DNA of 64,000 nucleotides, taken from IMG/VR virus record IMGVR_UViG_3300009161_000038. One strand, written 5' to 3'. Below, one piece after another: positions 35,410 through 46,153 of this stretch; the stretch's first letter is position 1; every line of letters starts with the position of its first letter. Source of the DNA: an uncultured virus (IMG/VR IMGVR_UViG_3300009161_000038) (lineage: Duplodnaviria; Heunggongvirae; Uroviricota; Caudoviricetes). A program made the position numbers and the translations under genes. The notes under the pieces were generated by a model. It worked only from the letters and a program-made list of their open reading frames with translations, had not been told where the DNA came from and did no database searches.

Positions 35410-35729
35410 CCGCTCTCTTAGGGGAAGTTTTTCTTTTAGGTAATTGGAAAAATTACGAAGAGCTCGAAGAAAATCTTTCAATGCCAGAAATAATTCAAAC
35501 CTTTAAATCTATGCACAAAACGGAAGATGAAAAAAGAAAGTTTTTAGCATCTTTGCAAGGAGTTAACTTAAACGAAAGCTCCGTAGAAGAAAGCAATAGT
35601 TTTGAAGATATAAAAAGAAAGGCTCTGGGTATACAGGCAAGTGCAGACGACGTAGTCTCACTACAAGGAAGTTATGCTGATGAAGCAGGCTTTGGAATTG
35701 GCGCAGGCTTAGGATACTCAAGGGTGTAA
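35361..35729 (+). CDS. Tail assembly chaperone -1 frameshift extension (gpGT-like)
   Basis: Slippery heptamer C CCA AAC at 35361-35367; the -1 frame is open from there through ORF 35481..35729. Confidence 0.8.
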   Translation, partial: PKPGSGTSSSWSELDLAALLGEVFLLGNWKNYEELEENLSMPEIIQTFKSMHKTEDEKRKFLASLQGVNLNESSVEESNSFEDIKRKALGIQASADDVVSLQGSYADEAGFGIGAGLGYSRV

Positions 35730-35739
35730 AATAATATAG

Positions 35740-38700
35740 ATGGCTGAAGATCAGATAGTAACCAGAATAGTCGCTACGGCAGACTTTTCAAACCTTATCG
35801 TAGACTTAAATAAGGTTTCTTCAGCCTTAACTAATTTACAGACAAAGCTAAACGCAACAAACAAAAACCTCTCAGCGCAAGCAGCGGTAATGAACCGTTC
35901 CTTTGCAGAAACAATGAGAAGCACTGGGCAATTTTCTACCCACTTCGTAAACCTTCAATCTGATGTAGAGAAATTTGGATCTCAATTAGATAAAGGTCAA
36001 ATAAAATTAAGACAATTCTTTCAAGTATATCAAGGTCATGTAAAAACAAATAGCGGAATTGTAAGACAATTAGCTGCTCAACAAGTGCAGTTACAGAATG
36101 CTATATTGCAACCACTAGGTAAAAACTCTGAAGGATTAATGCAATACAATGTTCATATTCCAACTGGATTAGACAAAGTAAAAAACAGAACAGCTTTAGC
36201 AAGACAAGAGTTGCAAATCATGAACAGAGTAATTCAAGAAGGAGCCAACTCTTTAATTAACTGGGGTAAGAACACTCAGTGGGCAGGACGTCAGTTAACA
36301 GTAGGTTTAACTATACCCCTTGCAGCATTTGGCAAGGCTTCAGCAGATGCATTTAGAAATGCAGATCAAGAGTTAACCAGATTAACTAAAGTTTATGGAG
36401 GACTAACTGCTAAATCTTCTTTAGAGTTAGCAAAAATAAGAGCAGATGTTTCAGCAACAGCAGCAGAGTTAGCAAAAGGATATGGAGCATCATTTAAAGA
36501 AACTTTAGGTCTTGCAGCGGATATTGCTGCAACTGGAAAAGAAGGAGACGAACTTCTAGGATCTATTAAAGAAACAACTCGTCTTGCAGTACTTGGTGAA
36601 GTTGACAGACAAGATGCAATGAAAGCCACACTTGCTATTCAATCAGCTTTTAAACAAAATACAGGTGAGTTAGCAGAATCAATTAACTTTTTAAACGCAG
36701 TTGAAAACCAGACATCAACAACTCTTGCAGATTTAGTAGAAGCAATCCCTAAAGCGGGACCAGTAATAAAAGGTCTAGGAGGAAGTGTTCAAGATCTTGC
36801 TTTGTATTTAACAGCAATGAGAGAAGGCGGAATTAATGCAACAGAAGGAGCAAATGCTCTTAAGTCTGCACTAGCTTCTTTAATTAACCCAACAGATGTA
36901 GCTATTGCTAAATTTGCAGATTTTGGAATTAACTTAAAAGCAATTGTAAATGATAACGCTGGAAATGTTACTGCTACGCTTTTGGATTTACAGGCAGGAT
37001 TAGATAATCTAAACCCTTTACAAAAATCTCAAGCAATTGAGCAGCTGTTTGGAAAATTCCAGTTTGCAAGAATTAGTGCTTTGTTTGAAAATTTAGGAAA
37101 ACAAGGAAGTCAAACTTTAGAGGTAATGGATTTAATGAAAGCAAGCTCTCAAGATCTAGCTAACATTGCTGGACGAGAATTAGCAATGGTTACAGAATCT
37201 GCTTCTGGAAAATACAAGAGAGCTTTAGAATCACTTAAAGCAGAGCTTGCTGGCGTAGGAGAACAGTTCTTAACAATTAATACTCATTTGATAAATATTG
37301 TCAGTGGAATTTTAAAGTTTATAGATAAACTACCTGCTCCATTAAAATCATTATTGGCCTTCTTTGGAGGACTGACAGCAGTTGCAGGACCTCTGATTAT
37401 GTTAACTGGTGTACTTGCAAACTTCTTTGGATACATAATAAAAGGAGCTTCTCAGTTTAGAGCGTTATTTAAAGGTGGTGCTGGATGGAAACTTCTCACA
37501 CCAGACATCCTTGCTGCAAATAAAGCAGGAGCCTTAGTAGAAGCCACCTTCTACAGTGATGCAAAAGCAGCAGACATTCTTCAACAATCTATAACTAGAC
37601 TTTCCGCTTCTTACAATAAACTTGCAACAGATGCCAATAGTGCAATTATAGCTACAAATCCAGGCGTATCAACAATGGCAGGAAATTCTGTTATTGCCGC
37701 AGGAGGAAGATCAGTAAATCCTAATAGCCCTTACATCGGAGCAATTGGAACAAGAGCCGCAGCACATCATAACCCAGTTTCTGCGATGAACAAAGATCAA
37801 AAAAATAGTCAAACAATTCACTCATTTACCCCACAACCAATTCCTGTAAATCAAAAAATAGGAGCTGTTCCTCAAATATTTTCAACAGGTAATTTACCAG
37901 AGTACGAAGGATTAACTACATCAAGAGGAGTATCAACTGGAATAGTTGCTGGAGAAGCGGCTAAGTGGCACGCATTAATGGGAACCTTATCTATGATGTC
38001 AAAAAGAGAGGTTGCTGATTTAAAGAAAGAAATTGCTACAACTGGTACATTTAGTGCAGATATAAATAAAACATTTGGACAGTTACTTCCAGCAATGACT
38101 CAGTTAACAACAAATGCTGCAAGCCAATCAGCAGCAGTAGTAGCTCAATTAAAAGCAGGAAAAATTAATCTTGACGCTGCTCGTGCAAAAATAATTGCTA
38201 TTAATGCTGAGCTAGAAATGTTAATGTCTCAAACAACTTCTCAGATGGCTGCTAGTATGGGTAAAACTGCAAACTTAACACAAGTTCCTTTGATAAATCA
38301 ACCAGTTGTCAGCCCTAAAGGTAAAGCCAATATTAAAGAAATTTTTAGAGCAAAGAGACCTTCTGCTCAAATAATTGATAAAATTGCCAGAGCTCTTGGA
38401 GTTAGGACTTACGGAGCAGGCTATTCTAATGAAACAACTATTCCTAAAATGAATACTGGTGGAATTGTTCCTGGAACTGGAAACACTGACACTTATCAAA
38501 CTACTCTTCCAGAAGGAGCGTTTGTTGTAAACAAGCAGGCAACAGCGGAAAATATGGATATTCTTGGGCCAATGATGGGAATGAATAAGGGCGGAGAAGT
38601 TCCAGTAGTTCTTACTCCTGGAGAAGCAGTAATTGATCCTTACACAGCACAAAATAATATAAAAACATTGTACGCTATAAACGGTCCAGGAGTTGGTGGT

Positions 38701-41700
38701 AACAAATTAAATGCAGGAGGACAATTCCTGCCAGCAACAATGCTTTGGCAAGGAAGCAAGATGAATGCTATTCTTGCACACCCAGATCAAGATGGAAGAA
38801 GAGCTAGCCTAGGACTTCCGCCAGGAGATACAATACCTGGAAAAATGTTTGCAGATGACTTTATGCAAATGCGTAAAAAAGGTATGCACCCAGGTGGTCT
38901 TTTGTATGAAATTGGAACACAGCTAGGTTATGATAAAAAGAGTTTACAATTTGCCATAAACCCTATGGAAAAAGAAATAAGAACCGCACTGACGTCAGCG
39001 GGAAATATAACACCAAAACAATACGATCAAATAGTTTCAGGAATTATTCACAAGCATATTAACAAAGTAAAAAGATTTAGCCCAGCAAAAGGAAGACCAG
39101 TTTCTTTCTTAGAAGAAATAATGTCATTAGGATTCCAAAGAAATGAAAAAAATAAAGGTGTCAAAAAAGGCAGTGTTAAAAATGTTGGCTTTGATGGACA
39201 AAAAGTACCACAACCATTTATTTCAACTGGTGGCGGAATACCTCAATCAATGGCAAAGCCACATTATGAAAAAATGCAGGATCTTTACCCAGAGTCACAA
39301 AGACAACAATCTCCATCTTTTGGAGTTGGCAAAACAATAAAATCAGTGTTTGGTGCAGAAAGAGGACACGTTGCAGCAGGACTTCCATTTGGTGGTATGA
39401 AATTTAATCCTGCCGTAAGGGGAATAAATCCAAATAATTATTCAGTAAATTCACATGGAAGAAAAGCATTTTTAGGAATGCCATTAAAAAAATTAGCACA
39501 AGGATGGGCAAATCCAAGGTACATAGCACCAGACGCAAACTCAATAGCACTGACTAGAAAATGGAAAATGGGATACAACAGGGGTGGCATGGTCGGTGGC
39601 TTGCAGGCTTCTCCTAGAGGATATAACGCTGGTGGAATGATTGCACAAATGGCACTTGGAATGGTTGGATCTCAAATGCTTGGAGGCATGGGCCAGAACA
39701 TAGGTGGTGATGCTGGTGGAATGATGGGAAGCATGGCTGGATTTATGCTTCCAGGAATGCTTATGGGCGGAGCGGGAGCAGCCAGATCAAAGATGGCGCC
39801 AGGATCCGATGAAGCATACGAAAAATATGCAGGTAAATTAGATAAAGCGTATAGAGCAAATAATAAATATGCATTGTCTCTAGCAAATTCAGCAGCACAA
39901 GGGTCTAAAGTTTCTAGAGTACTTATGGGTCTTGTTGGAGGGTTGACTAAAACAAACCTAGCTCTAGCAGTAGGAACAACAGTAGTAATGGCATCTTACA
40001 AGGCTTATAAAGTTCACCAAGAAAATCTAAGATTAAATGCTTTATCTTATGGCTTGACTGGAGATGCAGCTAAAAAAGCTGGACTAAATATAACAGAATA
40101 TAAAACCTCATTAAAAGATTCTATGTCTATTCTAAAAGATACTATTGAAAGAAATCAAATGCTTTATGACAGTATGAACTCTGCTGGTATTCCAATAAAA
40201 ATGACTATTGAAGAATACAGAAAATTAAAAGAAGAAGTTAAAAGCAGCATGTCTGATTCCATTGCAGCAATTAATAAAATGAAAGAATCAGACCTCAAAG
40301 ATTATGCAGAAAGATTAAAAACCCAAATGATTGCAGGCGGTATGGCAGCAGAAGAAGCTACTAAAAAAATATATGCTGCTTTTGCAATGTCTGAAAAATT
40401 TGCTTTGGCAGGATCTAGCACTGTTGGAAATTCTTATTTTAATGAAATTAAAGATGCAGCAACCGCAGCAACAGAAGCCTTTAAAGTTTTAAATGAAGTT
40501 TTTGGTTCAGAAGATCTTGCAAGCCAAAGAAATGCATTAACAACTGCATTTGCTGCTGCAAACGCAGCAGTAGAAGAATCAATATCAAACAGCAAGAACA
40601 AACTATCCTTGATTCAGGCTGAAAAAATAGTATCTGACAGCATATCTCAAAATGTTAAATTTAGAAAAGGCATTACTTCGGATATATTAAAAGATGCAAT
40701 AAGCCAAAATAAAGAAGCAGAAAAATTTCTTTCATTGCAGGACACAGGTCTTAGCATGTGGCAAAAAATAAGATTACAAGCTCAAGGTTATACAGGAGAT
40801 TTAAATAAAGGTGCAGCGGCAACAAATGCACTATTTACTTTAAGAGCAATGATTTCCGAAGATGTTGCTAAAGATTCAATTGCTCAAGGTGGAGCTTTAT
40901 TTGAACTTAATAATAGTCTTATAGAATTAGAAAAAAGAAAAGCGCAAGCAGCGGCTTCGTCTAAAGGACAAAGCGCAAAAGCTCAAATTGATTCAAGAAA
41001 AGCAATTGAAGCTATTGATGAAAAAATTAGAAAAATTAAAGAAGAAGCAGATGCTAGAAGAAAAGCTTTATCTAATCAACAAAAGGATGAAAACTTCCTA
41101 ACGGCAATAAAGAAAAAGCAATTAGAATATCAAGATGCATTAGCCGCTGGAGACATGTCTAAAGCAGCAATGGCTCAGCTTGACATAAAGTCTCTTAATA
41201 AAGAAAAACAAACAGACGTTGCAGTGTCTGCTATTGACAGCAAAGAGTCTGCCGATATTAAGGTTCTGGAGGAACAAAAGAAAAGAATAAGTGACTCTAA
41301 CCAAAAAATTGCTGATAGCGCTTCTCTTGCTGGAAATAATTTAGGAAGATTTGATAAAGAAATTGATGCAACAAAATTAAAAATGTCTGAATGGCAAACA
41401 GCGCTTTCAAATTTCTTTTTATACGATATGGATCCAAAAAATAAATCTAAAGGAACTTCGCTTCCTGGTGCTCAACTAGTAGATGCTGCTAAAAAAATAC
41501 CTGGATTCGATATGCCAAGTCCTACCGATAGAGGAAGACCAAAAACTACAACTGAAATAGCCAGAGAGATATCAGATAAATACGCAGAGTCTCTTAAAGA
41601 TATTAAAGCTGAAAGTGTTTATATTACTGCTGCAAAAATTGTAGAGGATTCAACTAATAAAAAAACAGATACTTCTATTTTAGGAAAAATTAAAACAGGG

Positions 41701-42012
41701 TTAGGTAAAGCTTTTATGGGCTTTGCCTCGCCATATGCAAACATGGCATCTGGATCAAAGCCAAAAATGGCAACTGGCGGTTTAGTTAAAATGATGAATT
41801 CAGGAGGACCAGTTATAAATTCAGTTCCTAGATATAATAACGGAGGAAATGTGTACTCATCTAAATCTTCCTCATCCTCTTCAGTTATTATTCAATCAAT
41901 GCCAATTCATTTTGCACAATCACCAAATAATCCTAAAGAATTTTTTGCACAAATTGAAGAAATGGCAAGACAAAAAGGAATTAAAGTATTAGCAGGGGGG
42001 AGGTCAATATAA
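35740..42012 (+). CDS. Tape measure protein
   Basis: 2090 aa, helical and Ala-rich; WGKNTQWAGRQL and LNAVENQT in the N-terminal region; follows the chaperones. Confidence 0.95.
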   Translation: MAEDQIVTRIVATADFSNLIVDLNKVSSALTNLQTKLNATNKNLSAQAAVMNRSFAETMRSTGQFSTHFVNLQSDVEKFGSQLDKGQIKLRQFFQVYQGHVKTNSGIVRQLAAQQVQLQNAILQPLGKNSEGLMQYNVHIPTGLDKVKNRTALARQELQIMNRVIQEGANSLINWGKNTQWAGRQLTVGLTIPLAAFGKASADAFRNADQELTRLTKVYGGLTAKSSLELAKIRADVSATAAELAKGYGASFKETLGLAADIAATGKEGDELLGSIKETTRLAVLGEVDRQDAMKATLAIQSAFKQNTGELAESINFLNAVENQTSTTLADLVEAIPKAGPVIKGLGGSVQDLALYLTAMREGGINATEGANALKSALASLINPTDVAIAKFADFGINLKAIVNDNAGNVTATLLDLQAGLDNLNPLQKSQAIEQLFGKFQFARISALFENLGKQGSQTLEVMDLMKASSQDLANIAGRELAMVTESASGKYKRALESLKAELAGVGEQFLTINTHLINIVSGILKFIDKLPAPLKSLLAFFGGLTAVAGPLIMLTGVLANFFGYIIKGASQFRALFKGGAGWKLLTPDILAANKAGALVEATFYSDAKAADILQQSITRLSASYNKLATDANSAIIATNPGVSTMAGNSVIAAGGRSVNPNSPYIGAIGTRAAAHHNPVSAMNKDQKNSQTIHSFTPQPIPVNQKIGAVPQIFSTGNLPEYEGLTTSRGVSTGIVAGEAAKWHALMGTLSMMSKREVADLKKEIATTGTFSADINKTFGQLLPAMTQLTTNAASQSAAVVAQLKAGKINLDAARAKIIAINAELEMLMSQTTSQMAASMGKTANLTQVPLINQPVVSPKGKANIKEIFRAKRPSAQIIDKIARALGVRTYGAGYSNETTIPKMNTGGIVPGTGNTDTYQTTLPEGAFVVNKQATAENMDILGPMMGMNKGGEVPVVLTPGEAVIDPYTAQNNIKTLYAINGPGVGGNKLNAGGQFLPATMLWQGSKMNAILAHPDQDGRRASLGLPPGDTIPGKMFADDFMQMRKKGMHPGGLLYEIGTQLGYDKKSLQFAINPMEKEIRTALTSAGNITPKQYDQIVSGIIHKHINKVKRFSPAKGRPVSFLEEIMSLGFQRNEKNKGVKKGSVKNVGFDGQKVPQPFISTGGGIPQSMAKPHYEKMQDLYPESQRQQSPSFGVGKTIKSVFGAERGHVAAGLPFGGMKFNPAVRGINPNNYSVNSHGRKAFLGMPLKKLAQGWANPRYIAPDANSIALTRKWKMGYNRGGMVGGLQASPRGYNAGGMIAQMALGMVGSQMLGGMGQNIGGDAGGMMGSMAGFMLPGMLMGGAGAARSKMAPGSDEAYEKYAGKLDKAYRANNKYALSLANSAAQGSKVSRVLMGLVGGLTKTNLALAVGTTVVMASYKAYKVHQENLRLNALSYGLTGDAAKKAGLNITEYKTSLKDSMSILKDTIERNQMLYDSMNSAGIPIKMTIEEYRKLKEEVKSSMSDSIAAINKMKESDLKDYAERLKTQMIAGGMAAEEATKKIYAAFAMSEKFALAGSSTVGNSYFNEIKDAATAATEAFKVLNEVFGSEDLASQRNALTTAFAAANAAVEESISNSKNKLSLIQAEKIVSDSISQNVKFRKGITSDILKDAISQNKEAEKFLSLQDTGLSMWQKIRLQAQGYTGDLNKGAAATNALFTLRAMISEDVAKDSIAQGGALFELNNSLIELEKRKAQAAASSKGQSAKAQIDSRKAIEAIDEKIRKIKEEADARRKALSNQQKDENFLTAIKKKQLEYQDALAAGDMSKAAMAQLDIKSLNKEKQTDVAVSAIDSKESADIKVLEEQKKRISDSNQKIADSASLAGNNLGRFDKEIDATKLKMSEWQTALSNFFLYDMDPKNKSKGTSLPGAQLVDAAKKIPGFDMPSPTDRGRPKTTTEIAREISDKYAESLKDIKAESVYITAAKIVEDSTNKKTDTSILGKIKTGLGKAFMGFASPYANMASGSKPKMATGGLVKMMNSGGPVINSVPRYNNGGNVYSSKSSSSSSVIIQSMPIHFAQSPNNPKEFFAQIEEMARQKGIKVLAGGRSI

Positions 42013-42470
42013 TGACAGCAATGGTATTGCCAGTTGGATCTTTACTAAAACTTAACTCAACAATAAATTTATCTGAGCATAATAGACAACCTGTATCTTT
42101 GAACAAAATAAGAATTGAAAAAACTCAAAGAATGGCAAATGGAACAATGCGTAAATTCTTTGTTTCAGAAAAAGAAAGCATAAATGTTTCCTGGTCCATG
42201 CTTCCTTCTCATTCAACAATGACTGTAGACGGAGGATACGGAGCGGTAGACATAAAGTCTTTTTATGACGGAACTGCTTCAAAGGCTTCTGGATCTTTAT
42301 CTGGTAGAGCTACCTTTGATTTATCTATTGTGTATGGTGGAACTACAAAAACAATGGAAATGATGTTTACTTCATGTTCTTTTGAAATAGTAAAAAGAAA
42401 CGTAAAAGAAAATTCAACAGATTCTCCTCAAGAATTTTGGAACGTATCTCTTACAATGGAACAGGTATAA
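42012..42470 (+). CDS. Distal tail / minor tail protein
   Basis: Directly after tape measure; RMANGTMRK, WNVSLTMEQV. Confidence 0.65.
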   Translation: MTAMVLPVGSLLKLNSTINLSEHNRQPVSLNKIRIEKTQRMANGTMRKFFVSEKESINVSWSMLPSHSTMTVDGGYGAVDIKSFYDGTASKASGSLSGRATFDLSIVYGGTTKTMEMMFTSCSFEIVKRNVKENSTDSPQEFWNVSLTMEQV

Positions 42471-45400
42471 TGATAGATTCAAGTAAAACTAATTTGCTTA
42501 ATTTATTTAAGCAACAAAAATCAGTAACTTCAGATGCTGGTTTAGTAATAGAGTACAACATGAATTCTATGATTGATGGAATAACTGTTTCTTCAGCAAC
42601 GGCAGATTCTTCATATACTTCTCAAATTTCTGATTGGCCTTCAGGAAAACCAAACCCTTATAAAAAATTGTTTCCCGTAGATTCTATAATAAAGCCATTT
42701 AGACCATTAGAGTCAGGTATAAAGTATTATGTTTTCTCATCTGTAGATACTCCAGCGAATAGTTTTTCAAAGTATAGAACAGTTCAGTATCCCTCAACTC
42801 AGCCAAGAATATATATTCCTGGAGAAAAAACTGAGTATAAATATTGGCTAGGAGCAAAAAATACTAACATTGATCTAACTGTAAAGTATAAGCAAGACAC
42901 GGTTATTGAAGGAAACAAAAATGCTTTATCAAATAAAATTGTAATTAGATTTGAAAAAAATCATTTTCTTCCCACTAACTACTCCTTATTAATTACTAAG
43001 TCCGACAACACAACTCAGTCAGTTGGGCCATTTACTACACCGACAGACGGAAATATTGTATTAAACTATAATGGAACTTCTTGGGTAAACACGGCTTTGA
43101 CAGAACCAATAACTTACTCAAATCCAATTTCAATTAAATCAATTAAGCTTACTGCAACAAATTCAAATCTTGGAGGAATGATTGGTGTAATTGAATTGTC
43201 AGCAAGATGGGTAAAGGATATATCTTCAGATTTAGTAGACTTTGATATTAGCAAAGAATCTTCATCTTCTTCCACGGACGTACTCCCAGTAGGATTTGTT
43301 ACCGCAAACAGCATGTCAGCAAATATTGCTAAGTATAATCAGGTAACATCTCAGATAGTTTCTTATGTTAGAGATTCTGTTGAGTTTGATAGCTCATTGT
43401 TGTACTTAGTAAAAAATGCTGAGCTGCGCCCATTCTTTAATGTCTACCATAGCAACGCAACAACCGTTTCTGGTTCTTACGACAAAGTCTCCCAAGGATT
43501 TTATTACATTAATGATTTTAACATAGATGAGTATGGAAGCGCAGCAATATTTTCTTTAGATGGCTCTAAGTATTTAATGGAAACCGTATGCCCAGATATT
43601 GTGTGTGAATTCTATCCTGTAACTGCAATTATTAGAAGACTTCTAGACTCAATAGGTTTTGCTAGCTACAGATTTAATTTGAATGAAACAAGTGAAAAAT
43701 CAATTCCTCAAGTAAATTATTGGTGGACAGATGATTCAAAAACAGTTTGGGAAGCAATTCAAGAGCTATGCAGAGATATTCAGATGAATGCATTTTTTGA
43801 TGAAAACAATATCCTGCAATTTTACAGCAGAGATTATATCTATGACACAGCAAGACCAATATCCTGGACATTTTACAACGAAACAGATGGAACCACTCTT
43901 CCAAACATTATTAAATTTAATAAAAAAGATATAGTTGGAGCAAACTACGTAAAAGTTTTGTGGGAAACACAGATGACTTCAGATTATATAGGTACTTCTG
44001 GATCTCTTTGGAACGCTCCTACTACATTATTAAGTGCAGGAGGATTATCTCAAGATATTAGCGCTTTGGAAAATACCTACTTGACTATTGATTCTCAAAC
44101 AACAGACGTATATGCAGAGCAACAATCTTTTTATAATTTTTCTGGGTATGTTCTTATAGATTCAGAAATTATTGAGTATGATGCAATGGAATATGATTGC
44201 GTATTTCTAGATGGAAGCACTGGAAAAGTAAACGTAGAGTCCGCAGCAGATATAAATAAATACAGATCTTTGTGTAAAGCTGGTTACTCAGATGTAAATA
44301 ATCCTTCTTCTAGCGCATACTTTAAACCAAGCGGAAGATACAGAATTAAAAAAAGAGGTGCCCTGGGAACCGTGGCAGTTAAACATGATGCCGCAAACAA
44401 TAATCTAGGAAATTGGGAATTAAGAAACGTTACATTTGATCCGTCCCAAAAGTCTACATCAACTGGAACTACTACAAACTGGGATCTATTTTATGACTTA
44501 AGGGTTACACAACTTACATCTAGTAGTGTGTCTATTGATTTTGTAGTTCCCACAACAGTGCCAACTTCGTACGTTATAAAAGCTTTGAAATCAGATGGAG
44601 GAAGTGTTTTTAGCGAAATTTTTGAAGAGGTAGTAAATATGCCTGCGGCAACTGGTAATCCTCCATTTACAATATCTAATTTAAGTTTGGGAAAATACCT
44701 TTTTGAAGTAACCCCAAAGTCTGGATCTTCTTCAGGTAAAGTAATGAGAAGTGGAAAGTTTACATTATCTAGCATTACGAATGCAGCAACTATTTCTTCA
44801 AATCCAGTTTCTGCAACAAAAATATATCCAGGTAAATCTTATTTCAAGATGTCGAATCCAAATACATCAAAAAATCAATATAACATTGCTTATAGAAATT
44901 TTGAAGGAATGTCTTTGTCTACATCAACAACAAACTCATCTCTTCCAACATACGGCTTGCCCTCACCTTTATTATCAGAAAAATATTATGCTTTTGGTAC
45001 AAGTATATTCTTAGACACAGATATTAACACAAAAGGTGTTTCCGCAGGTTTGGGATTTTTTGTAAACTATACAGGAAAAACTGGGTATTATGTTATTTTA
45101 GAAACCACGAAGTCTGCTGTTTCAAAAGAGACTAAATCAGTTAGAATTATAAAGGCAGACGGGTCTTCAATAAAAACCTTAGCTGATTCACAAAAAACAT
45201 CTACTACAACTTTTGAGGGAGTATTTGGTGGAACTCAATACAATGTCGACGTTAGAGTAAAAGTTTCTGGTAGCAAGGTTTATATTAATGCATACATTAA
45301 CGGATTTATTATTACGGCAGTAGACGTAAGCTCTTCCTCTGGAACCACAGTTAATTCAATCCTTCCAACAACTAAAACCGTATCATTGGCATGCGGGTCT

Positions 45401-46129
45401 GGCGAGATAGCAGTAGACTACGTATACGGCACAGACATAGATGTAAGCCAGTACGAAACTTCTTATAACAATAGAAACTTATATGCTGGCCAATATTCAG
45501 ATGATTTGCTTGACATGAGTTTTGGAGATTTAATTTATAATACTGGAAACTCCGATCCAGTTCTTAAAAACCAGACGGTAGATGATTTTGGAACAGTTGT
45601 GAGAGAGATCTATTATGTAAAGACTAAATTAAACTCTAGACCAGCATTCCCAATTAAATGGTCTACTGGTAGCAACCAAGCAGTTAGCCTGATTGGTAAA
45701 AAGATTTCTAATTTTGAAGCAGAAGCTTATGTACTAAACAATACTTCTTCAACTGTTCCTTTAAGCGATGGCGCATTGGCCTCCTTATACGTAATAGGAA
45801 ATGATTTATACCCTTCTGGAACTATGGAGTACTCCACAGATACCAGCAGTGAGTATGCAAACAAGGAGCCCGTAATATTTGAATCTAGGTGGCTTCAGTC
45901 AGAGTATGATGTAAAAAATCTTGCTGAATTTATTAAAACAAAGGCAGTAAACAAAGGAAAGATTATAGAAATAGAGACCTTTGGAAACCCAATGCTTTCT
46001 GTAGGAGACATAGTTTCAGTTAAATATGCATATCAAAATCTTCAGGAAACTCAAAAAATGATTATTACTAACGTAAGCCAATCTTTTCTAGAAGGGATTT
46101 CTACCTCGATTACTTGCAGAACTCTGTAA
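42470..46129 (+). CDS. Large minor tail (tip/hub) protein
   Basis: About 1220 aa; C-terminal GNPMLSVGDIVSV hub-like motif. ATG 42470 coupled to the upstream stop. Confidence 0.75.
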   Translation: MIDSSKTNLLNLFKQQKSVTSDAGLVIEYNMNSMIDGITVSSATADSSYTSQISDWPSGKPNPYKKLFPVDSIIKPFRPLESGIKYYVFSSVDTPANSFSKYRTVQYPSTQPRIYIPGEKTEYKYWLGAKNTNIDLTVKYKQDTVIEGNKNALSNKIVIRFEKNHFLPTNYSLLITKSDNTTQSVGPFTTPTDGNIVLNYNGTSWVNTALTEPITYSNPISIKSIKLTATNSNLGGMIGVIELSARWVKDISSDLVDFDISKESSSSSTDVLPVGFVTANSMSANIAKYNQVTSQIVSYVRDSVEFDSSLLYLVKNAELRPFFNVYHSNATTVSGSYDKVSQGFYYINDFNIDEYGSAAIFSLDGSKYLMETVCPDIVCEFYPVTAIIRRLLDSIGFASYRFNLNETSEKSIPQVNYWWTDDSKTVWEAIQELCRDIQMNAFFDENNILQFYSRDYIYDTARPISWTFYNETDGTTLPNIIKFNKKDIVGANYVKVLWETQMTSDYIGTSGSLWNAPTTLLSAGGLSQDISALENTYLTIDSQTTDVYAEQQSFYNFSGYVLIDSEIIEYDAMEYDCVFLDGSTGKVNVESAADINKYRSLCKAGYSDVNNPSSSAYFKPSGRYRIKKRGALGTVAVKHDAANNNLGNWELRNVTFDPSQKSTSTGTTTNWDLFYDLRVTQLTSSSVSIDFVVPTTVPTSYVIKALKSDGGSVFSEIFEEVVNMPAATGNPPFTISNLSLGKYLFEVTPKSGSSSGKVMRSGKFTLSSITNAATISSNPVSATKIYPGKSYFKMSNPNTSKNQYNIAYRNFEGMSLSTSTTNSSLPTYGLPSPLLSEKYYAFGTSIFLDTDINTKGVSAGLGFFVNYTGKTGYYVILETTKSAVSKETKSVRIIKADGSSIKTLADSQKTSTTTFEGVFGGTQYNVDVRVKVSGSKVYINAYINGFIITAVDVSSSSGTTVNSILPTTKTVSLACGSGEIAVDYVYGTDIDVSQYETSYNNRNLYAGQYSDDLLDMSFGDLIYNTGNSDPVLKNQTVDDFGTVVREIYYVKTKLNSRPAFPIKWSTGSNQAVSLIGKKISNFEAEAYVLNNTSSTVPLSDGALASLYVIGNDLYPSGTMEYSTDTSSEYANKEPVIFESRWLQSEYDVKNLAEFIKTKAVNKGKIIEIETFGNPMLSVGDIVSVKYAYQNLQETQKMIITNVSQSFLEGISTSITCRTL

Positions 46130-46153
46130 TTATCTAAATGGTATAATATTAAA

